A model generated the notes under the pieces. It did no database searches. It was not told the DNA's origin and was given only the letters and a program-made list of their open reading frames with translations. Below, in pieces: positions 11,073 through 23,167 of a stretch of DNA of 64,000 nt. Position numbers and translations under genes: made by a program. Position 1 is the stretch's first letter. Every line of letters begins with the position of its first letter. Origin of the DNA: Amoebophrya sp. A120 (lineage: Eukaryota > Protista > Dinoflagellata); the NCBI GenBank assembly GCA_905178155.1, contig CAJINV010000001.1, forward strand, positions 3,401,675-3,465,674. The letters run 5' to 3'.

Positions 11073-11704
11073 GTTGATCGATCTTGGATAGATTGGTTTG
11101 GAGGTTCTAGAAGTTAAAAACGGGGAGTAGACAAAACGACTACGATATGATAAAGGTGCGGCTTCAAGGATGAATCGCGGAAAAATAATTTTGTGAGGAG
11201 GTTACAGCACGCGACAGAGGTCCGTGGCCGTGCTGGTCGTGCAACTTAGACTTACTTAGAGCTTCTATGAAAGTCTCTGACAGTGAGAAGCTGCCACAGC
11301 GTATTTTCGTACACGTATTTGATGTTCATCGTCTGTCAAAAGTCTATAATAATTCTGCAGCAAGTTCTTGCACGTGGCAGGTATTGCCAAAGTTGCGGCA
11401 ATACGCGCGAGCAGCATTTCTTTGTAGGGACCGAATGATCCGCACCGATGAAGTCAAAGACCGATGAAACTCAACATCGATCAAAGTTCGCCCATTTTCA
11501 ACCGGTTGAAGTACATGATTTGGATCCGAAAGTAATAAACAGAAATCGCTTTCCGTTTACTGGAACTTGTACAAGAGCCATTCGCTCAACAGACGCAAGG
11601 TCGCCAAGCCGCCGTGATTTTTACCGGTACCAGCTGAATCGAATAGAGGTTGTCGTTACTTAAAAAAATCATCATCATGTCTTCTGCGCTTTGAATTCAC
11701 AACA

Positions 11705-13090
11705 TCAATTCGCTGTTACAACTGTTTTCGACGCGGCCTTATCACCCTGTACAGTACGCTCGTTCTTTCTTTTCGACGCGAGCACAATCTTGACCTGGTG
11801 GTTCAATTTCCCCTCCCGGTGGAGGGAGAGCGCCCCGCCAAAGCCCCCGAAACTGCGATCCTTCTGCTGGAACACCACGGTGGACACGCGACTGTGGATC
11901 AGCGCCATGGCGCACATCACGCAAGGTTCCCGCCGCAAAAAGACCTCCGCGTTGACGCAGAGATACTGCTCGCCCGAAGTGGTGCTCCGCTGCACGTGGC
12001 CGAGGGAACGGCCAATCGCGTCGCAGGCGCGGACCACCGCGTGGGATTTCAGCGGATGGGATTTGGTCTTGTCGTTCTGATAAATTTGGAAGACGCGGTA
12101 GGGATTTGTTCTCTTGTTGTTTTCCGGTGCAGCGGTCGCTGGGGTCTGTGCTGGCCGGGGAGCGACTGCGGATTCTTTTGGTGGGACATCCAAAACGACA
12201 GCAGGGAACCTTATTTCTCTTTCGCTGCCTTCTCTTTCGTCTGGTTCTTGCATGACTTTCGCACTGCTGCTCGCTGCTGATGTGGCACCTTCCGCCTTCG
12301 CACCGCCGAACCACAGGAAATTTCTCACGTTCTCGTCAGTCGCTGCTGCGAACGACGGTTCTTGTGCACTTCTCGGCTCAACATCTGTCTTCCGGCGTTT
12401 TGCTGCGAAAGAGTCAGTGTTCTCTGGTTCTCCGAGATCATTTGGCTCTTCCTGGTGCGGCAGCAGAAACACGCACTCCAGCCTTGGATCGCCTTCGAAC
12501 CACTCCAAAACCGCCTCGTAGCGGCGCTCCGCCTCCGACGCGATCCCTTCGGGGAGGTTAGCCGGGCGGCGGTAGGTCACGGGCCAAAACCCGCCCCAAA
12601 CCCGCACTTGCTCCGCCGTGTAGGCGGGCCGCGCGGGGACCTGCACGAGCTGGATGGCGGACACCAGGGGTTGAACTTTTTCCCAGGCCGCGTTCCCAAT
12701 GATAGCAACGACGTCACTTGCTTCAGCTTCTCCAGCTACTGGACCAATTGTGGTTGTAGTTCCTGTGAGAGATGATCTTGAAGATGGTGCAACGTTTGTT
12801 CTTGAAGATGTTGCTCTACTTATTTGCCCCTCAGCTGCTCGCACAACCACCGGAGCCCCGATCAGAACTTCCAGGTGACTTTCTATTTTTGAAGTCGAAG
12901 AGGAGGACGTTTGCTCGACTTTTCGTATCCGCTTCAGATGCATCACTTCCGTCGCTAACGGCGGGAGCGCCTTCATGATCCGGCTGCCGTCCTGTGCCCG
13001 GACGCGGACTGTCAGCATGGGCCGGAGCTCCGGTTGCTCGGCCGTAAACTCGTCCGGAACCAGCTCCTGGAAGTCAAACATGTTGGCCAT
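11705..13090 (-). CDS. ADAT3: tRNA-specific adenosine-34 deaminase subunit ADAT3/Tad3
   Basis: HLKRIRK N-domain, W..FWPVTY, HAV (catalytic Glu replaced), YLC, EPCVMCAMALIHSRV, LNH. Confidence 0.92.
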   Translation of the reverse strand: MANMFDFQELVPDEFTAEQPELRPMLTVRVRAQDGSRIMKALPPLATEVMHLKRIRKVEQTSSSSTSKIESHLEVLIGAPVVVRAAEGQISRATSSRTNVAPSSRSSLTGTTTTIGPVAGEAEASDVVAIIGNAAWEKVQPLVSAIQLVQVPARPAYTAEQVRVWGGFWPVTYRRPANLPEGIASEAERRYEAVLEWFEGDPRLECVFLLPHQEEPNDLGEPENTDSFAAKRRKTDVEPRSAQEPSFAAATDENVRNFLWFGGAKAEGATSAASSSAKVMQEPDEREGSEREIRFPAVVLDVPPKESAVAPRPAQTPATAAPENNKRTNPYRVFQIYQNDKTKSHPLKSHAVVRACDAIGRSLGHVQRSTTSGEQYLCVNAEVFLRREPCVMCAMALIHSRVSTVVFQQKDRSFGGFGGALSLHREGKLNHQVKIVLASKRKNERTVQGDKAASKTVVTAN

Positions 13091-13626
13091 TGCTAGTGCG
13101 TAGTTGTTCTGCGAGAATGTATCTTCACATCTATATTGTGACTACAGGAGGCAGTTCTTGTTCATGGTCTTTTGACTGGTGCAGCCACTGTAAGTACTCT
13201 ACTGTCCCTACCTGTCTGCCTTACCCCCAGTCCTGCGCGGCAAAAACGACTACTGCTTGTGCTGTGATAATCCAACTCCTGCAGATGAAGTTCATAGTCG
13301 CACAAGAACCTGTTTGAGAAGGATTCATTTGGATTCTTTGTCTACTTCTACCTCCAGCAGCAGTTCTACTTCTCAATCCGCATTGGTGGACCGGATCTTG
13401 TTCTCATTTCGCATTTACATTTTCCTTCCGGGTGGAGGCCATTTCTGCGCCCATTCATGCTTGTAGGGGATCAACATCTTCACTTCTGCTTTTGACTGAT
13501 CCACCGGAAGAACCAGATCTTCATCTCATTGCGGATACGCTTTCCATCTTTCATTCTCGTCGATCAGAATTTTCCAATCAAAGCCTGCACCGGTCAACAT
13601 CGAGCTGCAGGAAACGCGTCTGAAGA

Positions 13627-15876
13627 TCACACTTCTGTAGCCACGTTCGATACCGGTAGCGCGACCTGCACGAGTTCCGCTGGGTGGATAATTTTCAGCA
13701 CCCACGCCAAGAAAACATCCAGCACCACCATGTAGGCATACAGCAGTGCGCTGACGTAGCCCAGTTTCTGCGGCACGAGCAGCAGCCGTGACCGTATTCT
13801 CTTCTTCGGCGCGGCGAGGATATTGTGGTAAACTTCTTCCGTCCGTTCGGTGACGAGAGACCAGCAGTAGATTCTCTTCACTTCCTGATATTGGCGCAGT
13901 TGTCGCTGCTTTTCGCTGTTCTTGGCGTTCTCTCTGTCATAGTCAGGCGCGGCGCTTCTGTAGACAACATGTTCGTTTGATGTTTCACTGCGGTTCTCTC
14001 CTGTATTGTTTTTCACCATGATCCCAGCTGGAGGATAAATTTTCCGCTTCACCGCTACCACTTCCGCGAAACTGGTTTCCATCGCCTGAAACATCGCGTC
14101 TCCAGTCGGGTCAGCGAGCCGCATCAGGCTCGCCGGCAGCGTTTCCGGGATGCCACCGACGTTGGTGGACAGGACGCGCAGCCCGCAGCTGGCGGCCTCC
14201 ACGATGGAGATGCAGAAGGACTCGGTGAGGGAAGCGTTGAGAAAAATGTCCCCTTGCCGCAACACCTCCGGCACCCGTTCAGCCTCCACCGCGCCCAGAA
14301 GAGTCACGCGGGCTGGTGCCGTAGTAGTTGTAGCTGCTGTATTAATTGAGGAAGAAGATGTAGAAGCGTGTTCTTCTTCTGGACGTCGAGAGTCCTCTCG
14401 TCCATCCCTGGTAATTTTTCTGCTTGTTCTTTTTCCACCATCTTCTTCCCCTTGCAAGAAAAGCCAGGGTCTTACCGCAGCCTCCAGTTCCGGCCGCATT
14501 TCACCGTCGCCCCCGATGATGAACGCCACCGCTTTTCCATACTTTTCGCACATTTTCGGAATCACCTCCGCCAGCAACTGGACCCCCTTGCGCTGCGTCA
14601 GGCGGTTCATCAGCACGAAAGTGACGGTTGTTGGTGTTGTTGCGCTGTCTTCACCCGTCGTAGTAATTGCGGACGCCGACAACTCTGCTAGATTTCCTTC
14701 TGCAAGAACTCGCCCCGCGTGGTCGACGACGTCAACGTCTGAACACGAAAATGCATGCTCATCTCTTGGGGTTTCGAGCTTCTCCCGAGGCTCTACTTCT
14801 AGTGTGTGGCTACTATCAACAGCAGGATCATCGAGTGACAAGTTTGCACCGCTTGCTGTTGTGTCTGCGTGGCCAGCACCCGTCGAAACAGCATGATTGG
14901 AGCTACTGCTACTCCGGCAGCCACTATTTCCACGAAATTGGCTACCCCCGCGGGGGTCCTTCATCAACACCTCCGGCCGAAACTTGTCGCAGTCGATCGC
15001 GTTTGGGATGGTGGTGATCCGTCGTTTCGCATACCCCGCCTTCAGCGCCAGATTGTGCCTCGTGATCGCGGAGACGCAAATCGCGTGATCGGCGTTCAGT
15101 AGGCCGACGGAAATCACTTTGTTGATATGAATGGTCGCCACCGTCGGTTGCGTCACGGAGTGCAGGCTGTGGTCCGTGAATACCGTCTTGTAACCCAACG
15201 TCTTCGCGTGGAACATGCACTCGTGCGCCATGGCCGAAGTGGACTGGTGTGCGTGCACCAAGTCTACCTGTTCGCGCAGCAGAATGTTGCGGAGTAAAGG
15301 CAACAGCGAAAAGGCCGTCGGGAAGGCGACCTCGGTGCCGGGGATGCAGGTGACCGGCGCGTAGTACACCCGGACGCCGGACTTCAAGTACCGCACACCA
15401 CACCGGCGTCGCGGGCGCTTGTTGGGGAAATTCGTCGACTTTTCTACTTTGCGTGCTGGTTGTTCATGATCTCCCGCACTGTTGCTGAAATTATTTCTGT
15501 CGCTTTCCGGCCGTGAGGTGTCCGCTTGCTCTGGGTGTGGTGAACTTGTAGGGGACACGGACGAGGCTGCGTTATTTGATGTTCCAGTAGTAGACAAATA
15601 TGGCCCTGGACTACTGCGATTTTTTGATGGCGCCAGCGTTCGATCACCAATCCGCTCCCTGACCGTTGGCTTCAACAGCTGCTCCCTGCTACTATTTTCA
15701 TACGCGTGCGTCAACACCGCCACCCGATGGCCTCGTCGTACCAGGGTCGCGCTCAAATCGGCAATGTGCTTCTCCACTCCACCGAGCCCGGGGTAGAAAA
15801 AATCCGAAACCATCAAAATCGACAGTGATTTTGGCCGCGGAGCAGACGAAGAAGAGGAGGAAGAAGACGACGACAT
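13627..15876 (-). CDS. PIGA: Phosphatidylinositol N-acetylglucosaminyltransferase subunit A (GPI anchor biosynthesis), with long low-complexity insertions
   Basis: MVSDFFYPGLGGVEKHI, TVFTDHSL, IPNAID, RLTQRKG, FLNASLTESFCISIVEAASCGL..STNVGGIPE; C-terminal TM. Confidence 0.95.
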   Translation of the reverse strand: MSSSSSSSSSSAPRPKSLSILMVSDFFYPGLGGVEKHIADLSATLVRRGHRVAVLTHAYENSSREQLLKPTVRERIGDRTLAPSKNRSSPGPYLSTTGTSNNAASSVSPTSSPHPEQADTSRPESDRNNFSNSAGDHEQPARKVEKSTNFPNKRPRRRCGVRYLKSGVRVYYAPVTCIPGTEVAFPTAFSLLPLLRNILLREQVDLVHAHQSTSAMAHECMFHAKTLGYKTVFTDHSLHSVTQPTVATIHINKVISVGLLNADHAICVSAITRHNLALKAGYAKRRITTIPNAIDCDKFRPEVLMKDPRGGSQFRGNSGCRSSSSSNHAVSTGAGHADTTASGANLSLDDPAVDSSHTLEVEPREKLETPRDEHAFSCSDVDVVDHAGRVLAEGNLAELSASAITTTGEDSATTPTTVTFVLMNRLTQRKGVQLLAEVIPKMCEKYGKAVAFIIGGDGEMRPELEAAVRPWLFLQGEEDGGKRTSRKITRDGREDSRRPEEEHASTSSSSINTAATTTTAPARVTLLGAVEAERVPEVLRQGDIFLNASLTESFCISIVEAASCGLRVLSTNVGGIPETLPASLMRLADPTGDAMFQAMETSFAEVVAVKRKIYPPAGIMVKNNTGENRSETSNEHVVYRSAAPDYDRENAKNSEKQRQLRQYQEVKRIYCWSLVTERTEEVYHNILAAPKKRIRSRLLLVPQKLGYVSALLYAYMVVLDVFLAWVLKIIHPAELVQVALPVSNVATEV

Positions 15877-16710
15877 AGGTGCGCAGTGTGGCAACGATAA
15901 AAATCAACGGGGGAGAAAAGAGATTCTGTGGACGAAGTAGTTTAGTGCTTCCCTCTCATCCTTTCGCTTTCGCTCCTGGTCGCTCTGAGAAAAGAAAAAA
16001 ATCCAAAAAGCCAATAAAGCAGATGTAAAAGTTTTTGAGCTAACCAAAAAGAAATTCGCATCAAGGCAACAAGCGAACAGTGCAGCAATGATGTGCCTGT
16101 GAAGATATGCTGTGGAGTTCCAAAAGCATCTTCAGCGCCGCTGATGATTTTTGCTCGAGTACCTGGTTCAAAAGTAGATATTGCGTCGACTTGGAGTTTT
16201 GTCGGATTCCGTCATCTGAAAAGTTGCAACTGTGGCGCAGTTGCTGTTATGCCGTTCTGAATGCCAATATGTTCGAAGCGTTGTTGTTCCAAAAGCAGAA
16301 AAAAACTAATCACGCGACTCGCGTTCAATCATTATAGCGATAAACACAACCACTGGGTGGCATGAAAAGGAGTTCCAAAACATTACACAGACGACCTCAT
16401 TGGAGTTCAACAAGCCACCTAAAATACACATCATAACCAAGAAATCGTCAACCGCAGCGGTACATCAAGTTGTACCTAGCAAGATTTAATATTGGTCAGG
16501 CTATGCAGCAGTGCTTGGTGAGTTCCATGCGACCAAGCATCTCCACATAGCGACCTTTTACAACAAGAGTCCTCACGCTGCTCGTGATTGCATACTTCTG
16601 AAGACAACACACTGTACTAGGTTCATCTGCACACGATTATATCATCAAACCAAGTACAGTATAATTTGCTTCTGGTTCATCGATGCTGTTCCTTCTCGAG
16701 TTTCTTGTTT

Positions 16711-18865
16711 CTACTTCGCGGCCTTGAAGAAGTCCCGTTTCTTCAATTCGTCGTCGAACATTTTCCACATGACAGAAAACATGAGACCCTGCATCCCGTT
16801 GGCGAGGATCCGGGTCTTCAACCCGCGTCCAAACAACCCGGCGTATCCGTCCTTCTCCACGACCCTGTTAACGGTTTCCATGTAGGAGATCGGCTCCGGG
16901 TTGGTCTGCCGGTACGTCTTCACTACACGTAAACTGTTCGAGACGGTATCGGAAATAACGGAGGAAACGAACCCAATGCCGGCGTTCCGACCGAGTTTCT
17001 GCCAGAGCACGTCGTCGTACTTGGGGATAACCGTCTGCAGCGTATTGTAGGTCGCAAACCACGGGTAGTGACCTGTGTTCGTTGTTCTTGTTTTCGTGAT
17101 TGTTTTATTATTTGAGTAGGAACAACTTCGGATGCAAAAATCAAATGCTGAAAAAGAGTTGTCCTGGGAAAAGAAAAGAAACTACTATCCTTGCAAGAAC
17201 TTAATCCTTGCAAGAACATAGATGACTCTAGATCTGTTAATATACCCGCAAAAGTTGCGGCCGACGCCGCCAAGGCCCCGTGCCAAAAGACAGTTGGTCC
17301 TTTGCCTCGTGTATCAAATGCAAAAATGTCTGGGTCTGGAAGAGTGCAAACTTGTCATGCAGGTTTTTCATGACCCATGAGGTCTGGAATGCGGGACCTA
17401 GCATGACAGAGTCTGTGAGGTCTCTGCCATGCCTATCCTGCATGAGAAACTCCCTCCAAACTTGGTCGAAAGTGGACAGCTTTTGGCACTCATGCAACAC
17501 AGATTTCTGCATGATTCGGATTTAGCATGACAAGTTGCAATCTTCCAGACCCAGACACTTTTGCAATCCATATCGTGCCTTCGCGAAGAGAATGTCAAGA
17601 CCGGGACGGCTATGGATTGCAAAAATGTCTGGGTCTGGAAGATTGCCAGGTTTGTCATGCGCATTTTGCATGACTCCTGATGTCTGTGATGCATGCCCTA
17701 GCATCACACATCTTGTGAGGGCTTCCTGATGCCTATACCGCATGACAAATGCTCTTTTCGTGTAGCAAAACTTGGAGTCTCTTTGCTGCTCATGCAATAC
17801 ATATTTTTTTAGAATCCAAAATCAGCATGACAAGTTGGATTGCTCCAGACCCAGACACTTTTACAGTTGATAGCGTCCCTCGACTTGCATAATGGTCTTC
17901 ACTGTGTCTATTGGGGTGATCACAATCCGCCAGGATGCTGCCATGCCAGAGGCACCGATGGTTTTCACCTATGAGAGTGATTTTGTTGGCTGGAGACAGA
18001 TATAATTCAGAAGCATACTGTGATCGTCCAGGCACTCCTCGATGATCAAATTGCTTATGCACAGGACAAAAAAATCTAAATGTCTAACCGCTGAGGGTAA
18101 GCTTGCGGTCGATTCGTTTGCATCCAGCACTGCCAAAACACCGGCGTTCGCTGCTGTGTCACCAAATCGAGACAGCGGGCCCTGCGCTATTGCGGCAAAG
18201 TAACCCCGGTAGAACCGTATGATCCCTCCTTCCGCATACAGTGTCGAGGACGCCTGCCGCAGCGACATGCCGTAGCGGTACCTGCAGTAGTTCATAGCGG
18301 TGTCATGTCGAAAATAAATCTACAGCAATACCAGTTGCGATGTGCAGCAGTGGCTTGAAAAATAGGATGTCTGATATATCCGATTCATGATCCTGCAATC
18401 AAATCAAATTCACGTGCGCGAATTTAATCCTGCACATTATCAACACTGGTACTGGTAGTTCATGATGGTCCGGATCCACATCAGGGTTGTGACTTGCACC
18501 ACCATTGCCGCTGACCCCGCGAGCCCACCGCCGAGCGCTCTTTTATAACCTGCTCAAATGTTACAATCTCAAACGTTACAATAGATATTGCATGACGAAC
18601 ATGACAGACTCGCAGAGCGTTCCACTTTCTACAATACAAATTTCGCCAGATTCTAGTGCGGCTTGGGGCTCCGAAACTTGTCATGCGCAATCCTGTGGGA
18701 CTAGAATAGATCACGCACTTCTTGCATCACAGATTTCCAGATTCTATTGTAACGTTTGAGATTGTAACGTTTGAGCGGGCCATATCTTTTGCCCGCATTT
18801 TCCAGAATCTCGGACATCGGTTTCGGGGGCGGCTTAGGCTTCACTTCCGAGGGGGAAGATGACAT
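16711..18865 (-). CDS. Mitochondrial carrier family protein; 3 GT-AG introns (17073-17245, 17969-18088, 18282-18452) plus 3 TIR elements
   Basis: Reconstructed [73 protein letters not shown]; PxDxxK signature. Confidence 0.9.
17312..17572. mobile_element. TIR introner-like element, family A (261 bp), DR tcgtg
   Basis: tatcaaatgcaaaaatgtctgggtctggaag ... cttccagacccagacacttttgcaatccata; DR 17307-17311 and 17573-17577; removal gives AKAR|GKGP. Confidence 0.95.
17611..17872. mobile_element. TIR introner-like element, family A (262 bp), degenerate DR acggc/gcgtc
   Basis: tatggattgcaaaaatgtctgggtctggaag ... ctccagacccagacacttttacagttgata; removal with 5 nt gives QVEGRPGLDIL. Confidence 0.92.
18544..18784. 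mobile_element. TIR introner-like element, family B (241 bp), DR tcttt
   Basis: ~41 bp TIR tat..cc.gctcaaa.gttacaatctcaaacgttacaatag with an internal 15-bp tandem unit; DR 18539-18543 and 18785-18789; removal gives NAGKR|ALGGG. Confidence 0.93.
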
Positions 18866-19656
18866 TTTTTTCGAGCAAGAAATCTAGACGCGGACGAAAT
18901 TGACCAGCCGCGAGGAGAATAAATCCTACTTGACAAATACACGTGTAGCACGCTTCTTTCTTGGCACTTATACTAGTAGCCAAGGCGAATACAGCAAACT
19001 AAAAAAGTAAGTTTGAGTTGCGTGTAACGGAAAAATACGACGCTATCGCAATGCGACAAACAGCTGCTTCACGTGTTCACACTCTTCGTGCTGTTTTTGT
19101 TTTGCCGATGCTGCTCAAAAAATACTCCTCTTCAGTTTTTTGTCACCTCACGCACGCTAAAGCCTCCAAATGCGGTACCAGAGAACCATCTCAAATTTCA
19201 AAGCATTGATCACACTTCACCCCTTTTCATTTCATCCGAAACCGACTCGCTTTTTCTGCTCCTCTTGACAGACTCTGGAGCAGAAGTTCTTTCTGAACAT
19301 AGTGGAGACAAGATAAACTATTCGACCAGCGACGTCGGCTACCCCCGGTAGTGGCGTTTGAGATTTTATCTTTCGTCATTTTCATTTACGTCCAGCTTTT
19401 CTATATTTACACGTTTGTCGAGAAGCAGTTTTCCACTTGAATCAAGTGGCACTTGATCAGTCTTTGTCGCATTGCGCACCTGGTATGCTTCATTTTCAAC
19501 ATTCCATATTCTTTATTTGTCGCCATGCTGCTACTACTTAAGGCGTCGATCTATGTCAGGGCATTGTTCCTCGATTCCAAAAAATCCCTGGCCGCACTGC
19601 TCTTAATCCGAACATAATCTTCCCCTTGAGCAGCAAATGGCGTGTTGAGCAGGAGT

Positions 19657-20129
19657 TTACTGAATGGTCAAGACCTCCAGAGTGAATTCCAGTGTGCCAT
19701 TCGGCGGGATTCCCCACGCCGGGAAGCCGGCTGCACCGTAGCCCTCGTTGGCCGGAATGGTCAGCTTGCGCTCCTCCCCCAGCTGCATACCCAAAAGGCC
19801 CTGATCCCACCCGGTAATTACTTGACCTGGTTATAGTTTTTGCATTCGATAACATTTTTTCCACTTGTGCCATGATCTTCCTGCATGGAGATTCATCATT
19901 CCTAGGCAAGTAGAACATTGCAAAGCTGCTCCAGTAAATAAAGTATACCAACGCCGGCTTGGTAGGTGAACGCCTGCTGTCCTGGGTCTTTGGTGGACCA
20001 AAATTTCTTTCCCGTTTCCTTGACCACTCCAGTGGCGTGCACCGTGACCGTTGCGCTCTTCGCGACCGCGGCTCCCTGGCCGGGCTTGAGGACTTCGTAC
20101 GTGGTTTTGAAACCCGGAATTGCGACCAT
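19657..20129 (-). CDS. FKBP-type peptidyl-prolyl cis-trans isomerase, one GT-AG intron (19827-19948)
   Basis: [65 protein letters not shown]. Confidence 0.92.
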
Positions 20130-20788
20130 GTTGGGCGATTCAATACTAGCGGGTACTTGCGGGGGGACTACGGCCGAGGGCTTACTAGCACACCACGACA
20201 GTTTGAAGGTAGTTGCGGGTTCTTGAAGGGGAAAAACTAAACGCGATTCAGCTTTTCTAGATAATTGCCGAAACTGCTGGTCTAATTCCAACGAGAGAAG
20301 TGGATGATAAAAGAATCGAGAATAGTAGACACTTCTACATAAAACTGAAGAAAAGTGGATCTTGTTTTTCAGTTTTTCAACCGTGGGGCCTCTGTTTCGT
20401 AAGAGTATGCGAGGTGCTTTATTCGAGAACTTTTCTGAAGATCATCAAACTTGTTCTTTCAGTGGGGGATCATTGTCCAAAATTTTGTGATTTGGATCAC
20501 GATCATGACCTGTAGTCTTCGTCAGAACAAAATCCCACGAAGTGTCAACCTCCGTTTCGATCATCCTTCTGTCGCAATCACGTGGTATTCTTGTCGTTCT
20601 GTGAATACAAGTTTTAGTGTCTTTATTTACAGGCACGTGTATCTTTTGATAGGAGTCTCACCGCAGTCCGTGACATGCTCGCGACACTAAAACATTCGTA
20701 CAAACTATTCAAACGGATGAAATCTCATGTACAAGGTCGACGTAGTAACGCTGGCGGGTCATTGTGCCATCGAAAAATTTTATACAGT

Positions 20789-22972
20789 TTATTTACGAAA
20801 CGGGTCTGGCTTAATTTCTTCCTCAAAAATGCCAATGAGTTGCCTGCTGAGCAAATTAATTTTATCTTGGATTCCAATACCACTTTTCAAAGATTCCTTC
20901 TCGATAATACTACAGCAATTTCAACGATAATCAAATAAATTTCTGAAGGTCAGCAAAGTAAGCCCCTCCAAACTCGAGACTCACAATCTGCATGACAGCA
21001 ACGCTCCGCATCAGAGGCATTTTAGTAATACGGAGTCCAGTCGTCGTAGTCGTCCTCCGATTCCGAAGCCGCCATCAGATCCATGTTTTTCCGCAATTTG
21101 TCCTTCGCCGTGAAATATGCATTGCAAACTTCATTTTCTACACAAGTCCACCCTAAACAGAGATAGTAGACAAATCTGCATAACTTTCTGTATTCATGAC
21201 CACTTCCTGATGTGCGGGATACTACTACTAGTTATCATGTTTTACAACTCATGCTGACATCAATCTTCGTCCCAGAATCAAGTTGTGCACAACTTGTGGC
21301 TCACTTTCTTTGCAGAGGATACCAAAAACTCGCTGGTGTCCGATTTCCAGTACTTGGAAGCCCCCATAGCTACCAAGTTCACCCCGCAGACGCAGAAGAA
21401 GACAAAAAACCCCTCCCGCGGGATAACGGCCGACTCGGAGGAGAACATCCCGAACAGCCCGCCGCGTTCTTTGCTCATGATCATCACGGCAAGAAGGTAA
21501 ACTACAGCCGTCGTAAACCCGAGCATGGTCGACAGTTTCTGAAAATTTTGTTTTTCGCATTTTTTTAATATCTTATTTCTCGGGATAATGATCTTGTTCC
21601 CGCCTGCTTCCGGCTCCGGAATTCAAATGATCAAGAGCGGCACGAAACATCAAGCGAAAGACGGGAGTAGAATTTGATCCAATTCAATTTTTCTAGGAAA
21701 TCATCTACGAGAAGAGAAGTAACTTGCATTTTCATACCAGCATAAGACTGGCCAATTTTCTGGTCTTTGCCGAAGCGCGGCTGTTTGCGTAGTGGCCAAT
21801 GAAGAGGATACATGCAAGGTTCCCGACAATGCAGCCCAGGGCCATGACAAAGGCGACGACCCCGCCGTACATCACCGCCATCATCTGGTTTTCCCCGCTC
21901 AGGATTCCCCCTACCAGGATTCCCGTCGCGTCCACGTTTGTCAAGGCTGCCGTTGAACTACCGTGCAGCGCTGCTTTCCAAGTTGGTATCTGTGTGTGGG
22001 GAGGGAGACGAGGTGGGAGAAGCACTTAAGCGTATGCTTTAACTCCCTCGAAAGAACTCCAAATCCTCAATAGCGCATCACTTTTCATCTTTAAAAAAAC
22101 CCGGTGACGTCGAAATAGTAAATTGCTTTAGAAAATAATAAGTACACTCCAACAGGTGTGCAGCGTCATTTCGTGCCCTCCGATTGTCATTTTGGAACTT
22201 GGTCCGCCAACGCAGGGATGTCTCGTGTAGCCCCGCGCCTTCATGGCTTCCATTAGGTTGGACCCGATACTGAAGCTCGAATTCAGATAGATGCGGTGAA
22301 GGTAAAAGATCGCGGTCTCGAAGCCTGATTGATGTTGTTTCAAGAATATTTTTCTTTCAAGGATTTCGTAGACATATTTATACCGCTACGTGGCCGCACG
22401 CTGCATTGTAGTTCTCAAGGAGTTTCATGATACGTGCTCGCACGCTGCATTGCATCAGAAAGAAACACAATCATACCGTTTCCCGAGATCATTTGCTGTG
22501 CAGACCAGGGCAGAAACAGGGTTACGATGCCAAGGAGTATCGCCACCGCAATAATCCCTTGCCCGATCTGAATCCCCGCGCGACCCATGCTGGGCGGATC
22601 GGAAAGTGACTAGACCAAATCGCTACTCAGGAGCACGTGGCAGCATACGGATAAAGTCGATTCCTTTAGTGAGAAAAAAAGGTGGAACGAGCTACAATAA
22701 ATGTATTTCCGCATTGATGTGGAGTATTTTCAGTCACATCCCGTACGCACGAATGCTTCTACAAAAACGATAACGAACGACGAAGAAATAGCGAAAGCGA
22801 CAGAACATACAAAAGCGAAAAATCCAGGCGATGAGACGAAGTTCCCCCCCAGAGAGTCAACACACGCCACAATGCAAGCGACCATAAACGCAACGATTTG
22901 AAGGATAAATCTTCTTAAATTGCGACAATCACAACGATCGATGTAAGTAGTTCTGGACAAAACGTCCGACAC
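20789..22972 (-). CDS. Hypothetical multi-pass membrane protein, many short exons (5' end unresolved)
   Basis: Hydrophobic exon ORFs 22730..22972, 21732..22025, 21278..21526 bounded by GT/AG; probable last exon QLIGIFEEEIKPDPFRK*. Confidence 0.45.
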
Positions 22973-23167
22973 ATGCGCACAGTGTCCGAGCTGCTATCTA
23001 AGGCATGCTGTAAACGAATCCCGAGAGCAAGTCCTTTGTATGATCTTTTGAAGGCTGGAACACGGCAGTAACAAGACCAAACACCGGCCTATATATCAAA
23101 AGTCACTTGCACATGCACTTCATTCTCTAAGTTGAAAACGCTGGACCTTACTCGTTGAGGGAAAACC

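Noticed and set aside
17312-17572. Tc1/mariner-type TA target-site duplication
   Set aside because: The TA belongs to the TIR; a separate 5-bp DR lies outside it, and frame restoration requires removing both TAs plus one DR.
17237-17797. Small ORFs with recurring peptides ([22 protein letters not shown]), also near 38100, 38950, 49300 and 54300
   Set aside because: They are translations of family-A TIRs, not a protein family; the elements are too short to encode a transposase.
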